The notes beneath the pieces were generated by a model. It was given only the letters and a program-made list of their open reading frames with translations, was not told the origin of the DNA and did not search any database. A stretch of DNA of 64,000 nt from the NCBI GenBank assembly GCA_965644295.1, contig CBFFRP010000071.1:1-64000 (forward strand), written 5' to 3'. The DNA comes from Paraphysomonas bandaiensis. Its lineage: Eukaryota > Protista > Chrysophyceae. The position numbers and the translations under genes were made by a program. Positions 48,204 to 61,100 of this stretch are shown here, one piece after another. The stretch's first letter is position 1; every line of letters starts with the position of its first letter.

Positions 48204-49157
48204 TCAAATAGAATTTGTTGTCGACGTGTTGCCACGATCGCTCCCGGAATCATCACTTCCTTGTGTGTCATTGAAGCACGACGAAGTTCCCAGACACGCT
48301 GTCGTATCTCTCCATGACTCATCACCTAAACAAGCACCGATTGGAGATTCGTAGTATCCTATGGAGTGAAGGAAGAGACTGCGGTTCTTAACCAGGAGCA
48401 TTGTTACCCCAGCTAGGACTACTCCGCCCATTATCATTCCGATAAACACTCCACTGAACATAACCACTGCATGTGTACCAGATGACCCTAGGCCAAGTGA
48501 CTCACTCAAGAGACCATCGTAATGTCCTCCACCATGAGGATGTGCGTACTGGAGAAACCCAGCAACTGTGCAATCTGATTCAGGCATAGCATCGTCAGTA
48601 TCATCATTGCTAACGGACAGCAAAAAGCTATCGCTATTAGCTAAGCCAAGGTAGTAACCATTAGAGGTGAGGATTGCACCAGTACCATCCGTCCCCACGT
48701 CATTACCCGTACCAGCACCTGCAGTCCACTCAGCAAAAAGCAAATTCACCGAGCTTCCTGCAGGTAATATATGTGCAGAGGCTTGATCAACAGCACCTTT
48801 AGCAAATGTACCATGATATGATATGGGAAATGAATTGGAGTTCGAGACAGTGACGTTGAATGAGACAGACGCATCAGTGCATGAGAAGACAACTTGAAAC
48901 GGTCCAAGATCACTTATAGTAATCGACTGACCATAACTGAGAGTCTTTGCGTAGAATCGATTGTGTTCATGAAACTTTAAGTCATTAAAGTTAGCCAGTT
49001 GTCTGATAATAGGGGCGGGTTTAGCCTTCACCAGACTGCTGTCTAACTGACGGCCAGAGCTCTCATCTTTACGAGCTGATGAAGGAGCGGGGAATACCTT
49101 TGCGCATTCTGATAGTGGAAGAGTTAGAAGCAAACTATAGAAGAGAATATACAGCAT
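48204..49157 (-). CDS. Type I membrane protein of unknown function (signal peptide, beta-rich ectodomain, one TM helix)
   Basis: N-terminal MLYILFYSLLLTLPLSECA and hydrophobic AVVMFSGVFIGMIMGGVVLAGVTMLLV near the C-terminus. Confidence 0.75.
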   Translation of the reverse strand: MLYILFYSLLLTLPLSECAKVFPAPSSARKDESSGRQLDSSLVKAKPAPIIRQLANFNDLKFHEHNRFYAKTLSYGQSITISDLGPFQVVFSCTDASVSFNVTVSNSNSFPISYHGTFAKGAVDQASAHILPAGSSVNLLFAEWTAGAGTGNDVGTDGTGAILTSNGYYLGLANSDSFLLSVSNDDTDDAMPESDCTVAGFLQYAHPHGGGHYDGLLSESLGLGSSGTHAVVMFSGVFIGMIMGGVVLAGVTMLLVKNRSLFLHSIGYYESPIGACLGDESWRDTTACLGTSSCFNDTQGSDDSGSDRGNTSTTNSI

Positions 49158-49646
49158 GTTAGTATATGTATGTATATGTAACCCTCAGCTGTGTGATTAA
49201 TAGCTGAGTATATATACATAAGAGAACGACTCTCCTGTACATACATACATACTGCTACATACACACTGTACATACTGCTGCTACTGCTGTGCACTCTGGT
49301 ACTCCAGCAGTATGATGTAGACTGCGGTAGGCCTGTAGGGATGGGTAGGGATGGGGGTAGAAATTTTCAACATATATCCCATATATGGGATGAATATACA
49401 GATATATTTATTTTCAGTTTTTCGAAATTTCAAATACTGAAAAGTGTTCCAATTAATCCCTTGATCCCTCCACTGTAGTCTACTGTATACTCCATATGGG
49501 TGGTAGATAAGATCCACACATACATACAAGTGCAGAGGAGGCACGTATGTGTATATAACATCAGCTCAGATTAAGATTCACAGTATAGAAAATGCAAATC
49601 CTGCCTAATCTTATTAATGAAACGTAGCTGTTGATCATCATCAGCT

Positions 49647-50988
49647 ATGGGAGGGATTGTATCAGCGTCTGTGTCTTCAGCAAGCGTCTCGTCTATTAAT
49701 AAGAGCTTCCTGCATGGTCCCACTATAGGCGAGGGCTCATACAGCATTATAAGACGCACAACACATATTCCAACTAAATCACAATTTGCAATGAAGTGCA
49801 TTGATATTGAACAGTGTGTATCGAGTGACACACACAGTGCAGTTCATGCGTTCAATGAACTCACAGCACTGAAGAGATTGACACACAGTCAGTTTATATG
49901 TAACTTATACTACGCTCATCACGACTATAGAGATTTCACTTTAATACTGGACCTACTAGAAGGAGGAGATCTAAGATACCACCTCAATGATAACGTTCAT
50001 TTCACGGAGTATGATGTGGGATTCATAGGGGCATGCATAGCATCCGCGTTAAACCATATGCACAATTTAGGAGTAATTCATAGAGGTAACATTTGTGCTT
50101 TTGATTATGAATCTCAAAATTAAAGACGTTATGGTAGATGTCAAACCGGAAAATATTGTACTGGACGGTCAAGGATATCCGAGACTTACGGATTTTGGGA
50201 TATCCCATACCTCAGCCTCATCTTTGGTATGCACTTCTTACAGTGGAACTGTCGGATACATGGCCCCTGAAATATTGACCACAGTCCATGCGCATAGCAT
50301 TGAATGCGATTTTTGGAGTTTAGGGGTGGTTATGTTTGAACTGCTGTTTTCGGAAAGGCCGTTTCATGGAAATTGTCCTGGGTCTTTTGTTAGTTTCGTC
50401 GAAAACACATATAGTGGCTTGTGGAATATGGATAGATACATCCATATTGTTTGTGATACTGACACGACCCAGGCATCAATACGTACAAATATTGATGATA
50501 TTTCCTTTAAATCGAAAGAAGGAAGTCTATTGGATTGTGGGGACGATGCTCGGTGTAACAGAAATATCAACACTATAAACCTTTCGAAGTCAATGATGCT
50601 AAGAGTTCCCACAATGACCCACCGCGGCAATCGTGTATCTGCGGCTTTTGTGTCCGTTATTCGCGGTCTGATGGATGTAAGAGTTCCTCAGAGACTAGGA
50701 GCTGGGAGTAATTACACCAATCTCCAGCACCATTCCTTTTTTCGTTTGATTAAATGGAATGACTTATATGGGAAAAAGGTCATCTCACCGTTGCATATTG
50801 ACGTCAACATCACCCGACTTAGTCTTGAAAACAAATACACTGAAAAGAGTTTGAAGAGTGTAGTGAAATCACCAGTAAATACTACGAAGCTACCACGACA
50901 CGTGCAAGAGATTTTACAAGATTATTCGCATGACACTTTTGGGACTAGTTCTCGAAGCCTGAAAAAAATGGCCAGCTTCAATGTTTAA
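49647..50988 (+). CDS. AGC-group Ser/Thr protein kinase (STK32/YANK- or PKA-like); intron 50086-50137
   Basis: IGEGSYS, FAMK, LLEGGDLRYHL, spliced HRDVKPEN, LTDFG, GTVGYMAPE, DFWSLGV. Confidence 0.92.
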
Positions 50989-51892
50989 GCTACCATTCTT
51001 TGGGTTATAAGGCCAACCAAACTTTGTTTATTATTATTATCTTCTCCTTGTTTTTTGCTTTATCTTGGTCACTGCGGTGGCTTTTCATGTTTTTTGATAT
51101 TTTGTTGCCCCCTTGTACGATAAGTGGATTATATACATTGTTTTTGGCGTCAGCTCTCAGTTCTGTACGAGCTGCTTTGGCCTTGTTTTAGTCACATTCA
51201 GGTATTCTCGTTATTATCTGAAGTGACTGAGACTTTACTAATATTCTGGAAGAATATTAGCGAGATGAAATGTTGGTTACTGATAATAAGTTATCTAATA
51301 AGTTATTTAATAAGTTATTTAATACTGATACTTTTGTTTTCTTCCATTGTGTATATAATTTTAATGCGTTTCATTTAGATGCCTACAATACGCGTGGTTT
51401 AAGGTGATATCTGTGTTTGTACTGTCATGTTTGGATGGTGAAATAACTTAAAGAACTGAACTTGATATTCACTCAATGTTCGAATTTTAAATTATGATCA
51501 ATATCACTATCATTCATTGTTATTCTCTAAACTCATGTTATCATATTTCATATAGTCTTAGATAGTCGCGATCTTATGCGGTCAATATGTTATATATTTC
51601 AATTTCACTGCTGTAATCACTATATTTAGTTCTCACAATATATAGTTAACCACTATTGTATTTTTCATTCTTCGACTAACACGGCAATAATTCATATACG
51701 TTAGAACGTAGAACTACAGCTTTCTATTGCTTACAAACAGCAAATATCAACAGAGCCGAGACAGCACTTTTACAGTCTGCGACACAAAATTACAGATCTT
51801 GTTAAGGGTTAATAAGAAATGGGACATGGTATGAAACAGGTCACACTACATATATACTAAACAGCCGCCTTATTTTCGTCGCGATACAATCT

Positions 51893-52148
51893 AGTCTACA
51901 CATGGTGCCGACCGCAGAGAACCTCCGTTTCACCGTTACCTCCGTCCACTCTATTCCACTCAACACACACACCGTCCTATTTCGAAGCCGCTGTTGTGTT
52001 CCATGCTACCTGAGCCATAATAAAACCTTGTCTACTGTCTACACCTGGTGCTCAACGCAGAGAGCCTACGCGCCATTGTTACCCTCGTCCAATACATTCT
52101 ATCCACGACATCCTCATTGTCCAACCTCGGAACCGCTGTGTTCCATAC
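51893..52148. repeat. Two diverged direct copies of a ~115-bp GC-richer motif (about 51893-52006 and 52036-52148)
   Basis: Shared blocks GTCTACAC.TGGTGC, CGCAGAGA.CCT.CG, GTTACC, CGTCCA, CCGCTG and TGTTCCAT occur in the same order. Confidence 0.75.
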
Positions 52149-52280
52149 ATGTCCCCCAGAACACCATATATTGAAAGTCTTATTATTAGCAATAGGCGTT
52201 AAAAACCTGCACCAACTTCGTAGCTAGATGAATGCTAGACAAACTAGTTAGACCTCTACCTGAAACTAATCAGTACACAC

Positions 52281-52496
52281 TTTTTTTATCCTACTATTTA
52301 ACGCTACGGAAGCTGCTTGTGCGTCGCCGCAAGCACCAAGGTGCGACCACTTCCGCTCTGAGATCTTAAGATGAACACCCGGATGCTTGACTTCTGACTT
52401 CAGCAGGCAGCCCAATACCCCGGTTACCCTTCATGTGGGCCCTGTCACGGATGCCCTTGAGGTGGGCCCATTCCCGGATGTCTGCTTATTCGTCAA
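52281..52496 (-). mobile_element. SINE-like or non-LTR 3'-end repeat, copy 2, with short poly(A)
   Basis: Homologous to 20591-20769. Ends ...AAATAGTAGGATAAAAAAA on the minus strand and has a 3' stem-loop TGCTTG..CAAGCA. Confidence 0.65.
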
Positions 52497-52869
52497 CTCG
52501 AAATCAATATTATCTGGCGTTAGATTGTCACGATCTTATACAACCAATATATTTCAGTTTATCTAAAGTATATCATTGCCAATCATTAGTTTTTATATAT
52601 TGCGGCTGCAGTATTCAGAAACCTTAAAATACGGTTTTCTATGCTTAAAACACGGTTGAGCTCTCTTTTCAACCTCTTGCTGGTAGTTACTCCGTGCTTC
52701 ATGTTTTATTTTCATAAATGGCCTCATCGAATTCCTCAACCACATAGCTTCTCTTCGCTTAATACAGACGTAATTCGTTCAGGTTCGGTACGGGCGTATA
52801 TAATTACTTCAAGATTATATATACGTCCTTCGATATTCCAAAGACGAAAATATATTCTACCAATAATAA

Positions 52870-55809
52870 CTAAAGACTACCACTAGGTGATGAATTTCCT
52901 AAACACATCGCGTATGATTCTATGATATCACGAGAGCATATAACTATCAACTCGTCATCAGAATTATAGTCCTTTCGAATTAACAATTCAAGGCGAAATT
53001 CTTCGTTTATGACTACCGACTGATTCTTGCTTTCATATTGAATATCCCCAGTGTCCCCAAGCCTTTCCGCTTTCTGATTAAGTTTTCGGTTGTTTAGCTT
53101 TTTTCGTTCAGCTTTCGACAAACGACGCTTTCTTGTCGGCTCATCTGTGGAACTCATAGGGAATGATGTACAGCTTTTGCTACCTAATGGATGATCACTT
53201 AAATCCGTAGGTAACTTCATTTTCGCTTCCAGTAAGGCATATGATAACCCAGGTATGCACTCTAGTAACTCCCTTTCCGCATTCTCATCACCTACCACGT
53301 CTATAACAGGTAACGCAATTTCGCACATCTCCTCCGGCTCTGACAGCTCCTCTTTAAATTTCATTAGCGTGTGAATGATTCGACTCATAACAATAGACGA
53401 AATTTGAACAACCCTTTTAATAAAGCAATATCAGATTGATCAATATTCATGTCAATTACATACCTCCCTCCAAAGTACTTTAAGATGATGCCACCGTTAA
53501 TTCCATCAAGACGAAAGTTTTCGTTCGCAGACCGCCGTTGCCTTTCGTCCATTTTCACTCGCGACGATACCACCACTCCAGCCTGTAAAGCAACAATATA
53601 ATATACATATCTGACAAAGAGTTGCTAAAATATACCTGAACAAGGATATCGCCCCCACTACCCCAATTCTGTACTGCCGCAGCCACACTGTTGTCACAAG
53701 TTTTAACGAAGTAAGATTTGACAAACGCACGCATACTTTGCTGACATGACCACTACATCTTCAAATTTTGGCTCGGATACATCACGACGAGAACGCTTCT
53801 TCTCTTTTAGCGACTCCGTTTCAAATGGTGTGGCTAACATCTGCATATATGTCAAAGTCAACACGATGAAAGGCCACACTACTTACAACACGGTACTGAG
53901 ACTGCTGCGACAGACAAATGCCACATATGTTTTCGATATCCGCACACACATCAGAACCTTCTGCTGTGTTGAGTACATCCCGATAGTCAGCAGCACCACT
54001 ATCAATTCGCCATCTACTCATGTAGGCATAAGTTACAAGTACATAGATGGTCAGTCACGGATACACCTTTGCAGCTTTTTAAGGTCAGTCTTTCTCTTGG
54101 AGTCCGTACTGCAGGTGCTATCTTGGTGGGGATTATACCCTAGTTCACGGAAAGCCTGCATTGACCGTTTATTACGAGTAACGTCAACTTCCTTCTCTGC
54201 TTCGCACAATATCTTGCGTTTTCTGGAAGAACACTTGTCACTTTCGACAGTACGCGACATTGTATCTGGCTTCCGTAACTCCAGAACCGCTACAAAGAAA
54301 CCTCCTGTATTCATGTCTTGTGGCACAAAGCGCATGCATCTCTCAAGACCGAGAAGAGAAGGATCACTAGGGGGATACATAGAGGCAGTCACAGGAGGGA
54401 GCCGCTGCCTACTCTCCTCAAGCTCAGCGGGGTCGGTTTCACCAGCCAAAAGTGTCTCTTCATCACAACGCCAGAATGATACCCCAGGACGGTATCGCAT
54501 ACCAGGTAGTCTACTATCCAAAAGTGGAACGGCTCCTGACTCGCCTGTCATCAAATCCTCTGGAGCAACTAGTTGCAGGTTGAGACCCTCTCGCCATGCT
54601 CCAGTGAGCAAAGCCGCGACCACAGCTTCATCTTCTATGGGATTTAATGAGCAAGTCGAATATACCAGACGCCCACCGACATGTAGAAGACGCAACCCAG
54701 AGCGAGCTATCTCCAACTGCAGTGGGTGAAGCTCAACAGCAAATCGAGGACGAAATAGCCGCCATAAATGTGGTGACTTCCTGATGTAATACATACCAGT
54801 AATCAAATTGGGATTTCGGGGCAGTCACGAAAAAACACATAGTGTGACATGAGTAGGCAATATACCTGAACGTCCCATCTCCAGTACACGGCACATCACA
54901 TATAATCCTATCAAAACTAAAACGTCCGTGTAAATGAGATTCCAGATTAGCCGCAGTTGCGCAGGTGAACATAAGGTTAGGGGCAGTACAATTTCTGTAT
55001 CGCTTGCGGAGTGTTGCAAGCCTCTTCGGATCGGCATCGTTTGCTACAACTAGGCCTATAATTACAAGAGTCAAGTAAGAGTAACAAAACTACTTCTATA
55101 AGTATGAGATTACCACCTGAATATGAATCAGTCAAGTTTGTGGGGTAAAGGGCTGAGATGAGTTGTTCTGTTTTGCTGCCAGGAGCGGCGCACATATCTA
55201 GCACGTAGTGGTGTGGCTGTGGATCCAACAGTATAGCTGGAATCATAGACACAAGCTCCTGTCGCACTACATGACAGAGGCGGACTTCTCGACACAAAAA
55301 ATAATACAGTGATGAAAAGCCGGGATCTTTTGCAAGAGTAGAAGAATCGGCATTCACTTGCCAGGCATTCACACACCACTCCACTGGCACTACAACCTCA
55401 TCAATCACTTGTCCCTTGACACTCGTAAAGCGTCCTCTCATACGTCTAAACTATAAATATAATATAACATACTTACATATAAACATATACAGAGTTGACA
55501 TACTTCTTTGTTGAGCTTGTGAGTTATACAGAGAGCAGCGAGAGGGCTCCTCGTAACACACAATCTAAAGGTCACTGGAAGATCTCGAGACATGAACTCT
55601 TTCAATTGAATCCATTCAGAGGATATATCAGGAAGCTGTATGGCATAATAAGCTGTATGTCTCTTATTAGGATCGAATGTATGTGTGTCTGTGTATGTCC
55701 GTATCTTCCAGACAGTGTTATGAAGCTTCCTGTCCTCTAATCTCTCTGCTTTACTCTTATGAGTAGTGGGGGAGGTGGTGGTATTGAAGTCAATGATAGA
55801 TTCTTCCAT
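52870..55809 (-). CDS. NSUN2: NSUN2/Trm4-like RNA m5C methyltransferase, multi-exon
   Basis: RQELVSMIPA..LDPQPHHYVLDMCAAPGSKT, VVANDAD, FDRIICDVPCTGDGTFR, GGRLVYSTCSLNPIEDEAVV, RFVPQDMNTGGFFVAVL. Confidence 0.88.
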
Positions 55810-56905
55810 GTGGGTATGGAGAGAGAGGCGGGGTGGGTATATAGTCTGGTAGAGTTATAGATGGATGTCAGTGAGGTAGGAATGAATGTGTATGTATGTA
55901 TGTGTGTAGAGGGATGGCTGTACTGCACTATACATCTGTACGTATGTACATATATGTTGCTGCAATACATACATATATACATACATATACATGCTTACAC
56001 AGTATGCTGTACTGTACGACATGTGACTGTGTACGGCTGTACGGCTATACGGTGTATGACTGGTATACAATGAATCTCTTTATGTATGAACAAGACGTAT
56101 ACAATACTCCTATACAATACTCTCAACCAATCAGATTGCTCCATCTATGGATCTGCACAGCCAAGTATGGATTCCTGCATTCCTGCATAGATATTCCTCT
56201 ACAAGGGATGGATCATTGCATTGGGCACCAGTAGAAGAGATGGGTAAGTGAAGCACCGATATTTGAGTCTTTTAGGTTTTGATTCAAGAGAAGTCATGTC
56301 AATGCCGTGTTAGTAGAGTCCATACAGCTCTAGCTAGGGGCAAGGCAAGAGAAACTCTGCATACCCTCCATAGCATTGATACGATATGACTTCTATTTAG
56401 TAAATTATTGGGTCTGATGTGTAGCTACAACTTCGCTCATGCACGATACGAGGAATTCAGTAGCACATACGGCTAGGAAGCAAAACACCATTAATTTATA
56501 TACGGTTAACCTTGATATTGATAGGACATGAATTTTAAGGAACTCACAATGTTGAAATACTACTGAGATAGCACAAGCTTGAACTTATATACTGCATACT
56601 GACCAGCTAACGTACAGTGTACAGTGTGAGAACCTTCCTTGTCTTCTTCGGTGCTGCATAGATACAAATCAAGTGTTTTAAAACCTGATAAAAGTAATGG
56701 AAACGATAAAAGTGCAGAATTTTATTATGTTGCTATAATAAATAAGAAGTATATCAAGCACTACGGATTATAATTTTAACACTGGACGAGTGCTATGAGT
56801 TCAAAGATCACACCTCGAACTCTTATTAAATAGACCGGGCGGCTATGAGTAACGAAGAAAAGGCGGCTTAGTATAGTTACTACAAACATGTTTCATCACC
56901 AGTAT

Positions 56906-57847
56906 TTAATCTACCCTAAACTTCTTAGCTGGTCCAGACTTTTTCTGTCCCGCATACCGTGCAAACCTAAACCAACTTTTTACAAATAATCACTCTTCAA
57001 GGAAAGGCTTACCGAATGCGCGGTACCCTGTCGTCTTCGTGCTTCAAAAACTCTTTTGCAGGCGCTGACATAGTAAACGCCTTCGTGCTATTCTTCCTCG
57101 TACTATTTAGAGTTGAGACGGTGATGTGTCCTCTGTGAATAATGCATGCATTAGTAGTGAAAATATCATGCATACCACTCCTCACATTTTCTTGACAGTA
57201 CTATTAACCGGGGCAATAGTCATCCCCATACCATCCTTCTTCCTCCGATTGTTATCTTCCTCATCAGAAGGAATATTGTCTTGTTCCAACTGTCTCTGCT
57301 TCTCATACAACTCCACCGCGTCAAGCACAGCATCATCAATATCCACAACAGCGTCCTCTGTCGATCAGAATAATTTATCGGATATTTAACAAATACGACA
57401 TAATACTTACCAGAACTAGTGGCTTCATTTCTGCGCCTCTTTCTCTTCTTTTTATTGGAGCTCTGTGACTTGTACATCTCATCATGCAGTTCTTTTAGTT
57501 TCTGCACTTCACTTTGACCTGCATGTACCACTTCTGGGGCCTCATCGTCGCTGGCATCTAAATGAAAAACTTAATCACAATAATACAAATACAAAATTTA
57601 GTAGACTACCCATAGCAGTTTCATTCGGTTGGGAATCTGTACTCAAGTTCGATCCGGCTCTAATTCTAGCGCTCCTTCTGGGTTTCTTCTCCGCTTTAAT
57701 TGGCTCCTCCTTAGCCGTGTTAACTGTAATAGGTGTTTCAGATTCATCATTTTCTTCAGAATCGTATATAATTTTCTTGCTGTTCTGAGTGTCCAGACTA
57801 ATAGAGGGAACTTTATCCTTTCGTTTCGTTGCTTTGGGTCTTCCCAT
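56906..57847 (-). CDS. Basic/acidic nucleolar-type protein (NOL7/Bud21-like SDDEAPE motif), 5 predicted exons
   Basis: MGRPKATKRK... joined by GT-AG introns to DASDDEAPEVV, NLS-like KKKRKRRR, ending RFARYAGQKKSGPAKKFRVD*. Confidence 0.6.
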
Positions 57848-58103
57848 GTCAATATAGTGCAAATAAAACAAACGTTTAATACAAACTGGACACTAAATGC
57901 TGCAGAATAAACAGCCAAATATATGAACTCCTTGAGCTAGTAAAAGTCACGGAATTCTATTGGGATTAGTTACAGTTCAACCCCATATATATATATATAT
58001 ATATAGCCATGTATGTCTATAGAGTCACACGTCTCTTATATAAGTCACTGGTTCTCTGTCGTGCCTCTCGTCCACTGCTACAAATACAGCTTTGTATATA
58101 TCT

Positions 58104-61100
58104 GTATACCACTGTCGGTCAAAACCATGTCATCGGTCAAAACCGTGTCATTCCCTTTTTTTCAGTTTTTGTATTTTGAGTGATTATTATGATCATATCC
58201 AACTTTGTCACTCCGTATCTCCACTGATACAAAACCATCCACACCTATCAGCATATCCTCATGTTTATCTTGCTCTGCTCTTCCAAATTATCCAAATTGT
58301 TGTGGGGTTTGAGCTAAATACTGCTCCGTTCTGTCCCTCACATTTCACCTCTCCCGCAACTGAGATTCCACGATCCCAACCAACAGAGACAGACTTTAAG
58401 TGATGGGAAATGGTGTGAATGATGGGTGTTGTGAAAGTGGCGACATCTTGCATCTGCTTGTCACCTCCCGAATGTTTCATTGTTGTGAATGTCACACTTA
58501 TAGATCTCTCTGTCGCATGTGTCCTGCACATATACACGTCTTAAGTATACATACATTGCACAAACGTATACGTATATGTGCTATATATGTACTGCGCACA
58601 CATATATGTGCGAATTATATGTATATGTTACATATATAAGTCTCTGTTACATACATGCTGCCCATATATATATGTGTGTGTCTCTGTCACAAATGTACTG
58701 CATATATATATATGTGCCATATGAATACTTCACACTAATACACGTCTGTGACACATATATACTTCAAACATCTATGTATGTATGTCATATATAAACTGCA
58801 AGCTTATATATGTCTCTGTTACATATGATGTGCGATATGTAAATATGTCATGTCTATGTTATATGTACACTGCACACATAAAGTGTATATCAGGGCTAGG
58901 GAACAATATATTGCAATACTATTGTGACGTATCGTCCCACCAATACCTAGTTCAATTGTATTTTAAGAGTCTATTGATACTATTACAATGTATTGCAATA
59001 TACATATTACAATATATTGCAAGAGCATTAATATATATATAAGTAGTCCGTTGCTAATTACTTACGTTCACTTCATTTCTAGTACTGTTTTTTAAGAGTA
59101 CATGAGCTTATCACAAACTGTAATGCCTAACACCATTCCAATACTCGCATTAACGCCATATTCACAATGTATGTCTTCAATTCACTATTATTTGAAAGAT
59201 GTGTGCATCAGGCCACAAGTGGCGATTAGCTCTTGAAAATAGAATCACATCAAGTGTATCGGGATGAGTGTGCAATGAGTACTTTTGCGCAGGACGGAGA
59301 TGATAAGTTTAGCTACGCTGACTAATCTTTCACGTGTATTTGACGTGCAGACAACATGACAGTATACCTGTACCTTGGTGTCTAACGTTTTTCCTCTTCA
59401 GTTTCTGGGAGGCCTGCGTCAACCTTTGTCCAACTCCGAATTTTTTATATTTAATATTGTTCTAACTTGCGATTATTATTATATTATGCATGTTGGGCAG
59501 TTACGGTTATTCATGGAGGGTAGGCTGCAGTATATGGTACGCAATAGTTGAGTCTGTACGTCTGTACTGTGCTATAGTAATTCGTAATTCCTACTTTCTA
59601 TCATCTCTTGACATATTTGGATGGTGAAATACCTTAATTAACTATTCTTGAAGTCACACAGTAATAAATTAATAAAATTATAATCAACATCTCTCACTAT
59701 TCACTGATATTCGTTACAATTATATTCTCTCAACTACCAAAAAATATTATCAGATCTTAGAAGCCACGATCTTATACAGTCAAAGTGTTTCAGGTTCACT
59801 GCTTTTTTCTCATTCTATCTTTAGTTCAAGTAATACTGTATTCACAACTGCATTCTTCACGTAACAGCCGTAATTCAGATACCTTTGAAATACAGGTTCT
59901 AAATGCTTACGAACAGCAAAACTCATCTCTTTCATTCGATGAGTAGTATTAATAATATCGCCAACATCAATGATATTACATTGCAAAAATGTAGACTTAA
60001 TTAGATCTCTGGTCTTTTTAATTAATAGCATGCATATAATTCTCGCGAGTTAGAATAATATTATATATGAAAAATTCTGAGTTGGACACAGAAGGTTGAT
60101 GCAGTCCTCCCAGAAGCTGAAGAAGCGAAAAGTTGAGACATCAAGGTATCTATGAGTAAGGCTCTTCTATTATTCATCAAGCTACGGGAGAATAGTGATG
60201 AATAATCTCTAAATTCGTTATATAGTCATGCGTTTTTCGTGTACACTTCGGTCAAGTAATATAAGTTTTGCAGAATCCATACAAGCTCTGTACACTACAC
60301 ACTACAGACACTATTCGTCACCTTGAATGATCCGTCATCTTGGTAAAGATGTTTTGCTGTTTCTAGTACAGTGGTCCAAGAATTGATGCACCACCTACAT
60401 GATTTCAATCCAAAAGTGATCAACTTTATGTCATTGTGGAATATCGTCTAGTTGATCGCTACATAGAACCCTATGCCTTTAACTATGCTCACAAAATGCA
60501 TCCAAATCAACTTTACGATTTACAGATGATATAGAGACACTATATAAGCAATATTGTCTGCACGTCAAATACACGTGAAAGATTAGTCAGCGTAGCTAAA
60601 CTTATCATCTCCGTCCTGCGCAAAAGTACTCATTGCACACTCATCCCGATACACTTGATGTGATTCTATTTTCAAGAGCTAATCGCCACTTGTGGCCTGA
60701 TGCACACATCTTTCAAATAATAGTGAATTGAAGACATACATTGTGAATATGGCGTTAATGCGAGTATTGGAATGGTGTTAGGCATTACAGTTTGTGATAA
60801 GCTCATGTACTCTTAAAAAACAGTACTAGAAATGAAGTGAACGTAAGTAATTAGCAACGGACTACTTATATATATATTAATGCTATTGCAATATATTGTA
60901 ATATGTATATTGCAATACATTGTAATAGTATCAATAGACTCTTAAAATACAATTGAACTAGGTATTGGTGGGACGATACGTCACAATAGTATTGCAATAT
61001 ATTGTTCCCTAGCCCTGATATACACTTTATGTGTGCAGTGTACATATAACATAGACATGACATATTTACATATCGCACATCATATGTAACAGAGACATAT

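Noticed and set aside
41469-55809. Three methyltransferase genes (DOT1-like, SET, NSUN2) within 15 kb as a functional cluster
   Set aside because: They have unrelated folds, substrates and compartments and are interspersed with unrelated genes. Nothing suggests more than chance.
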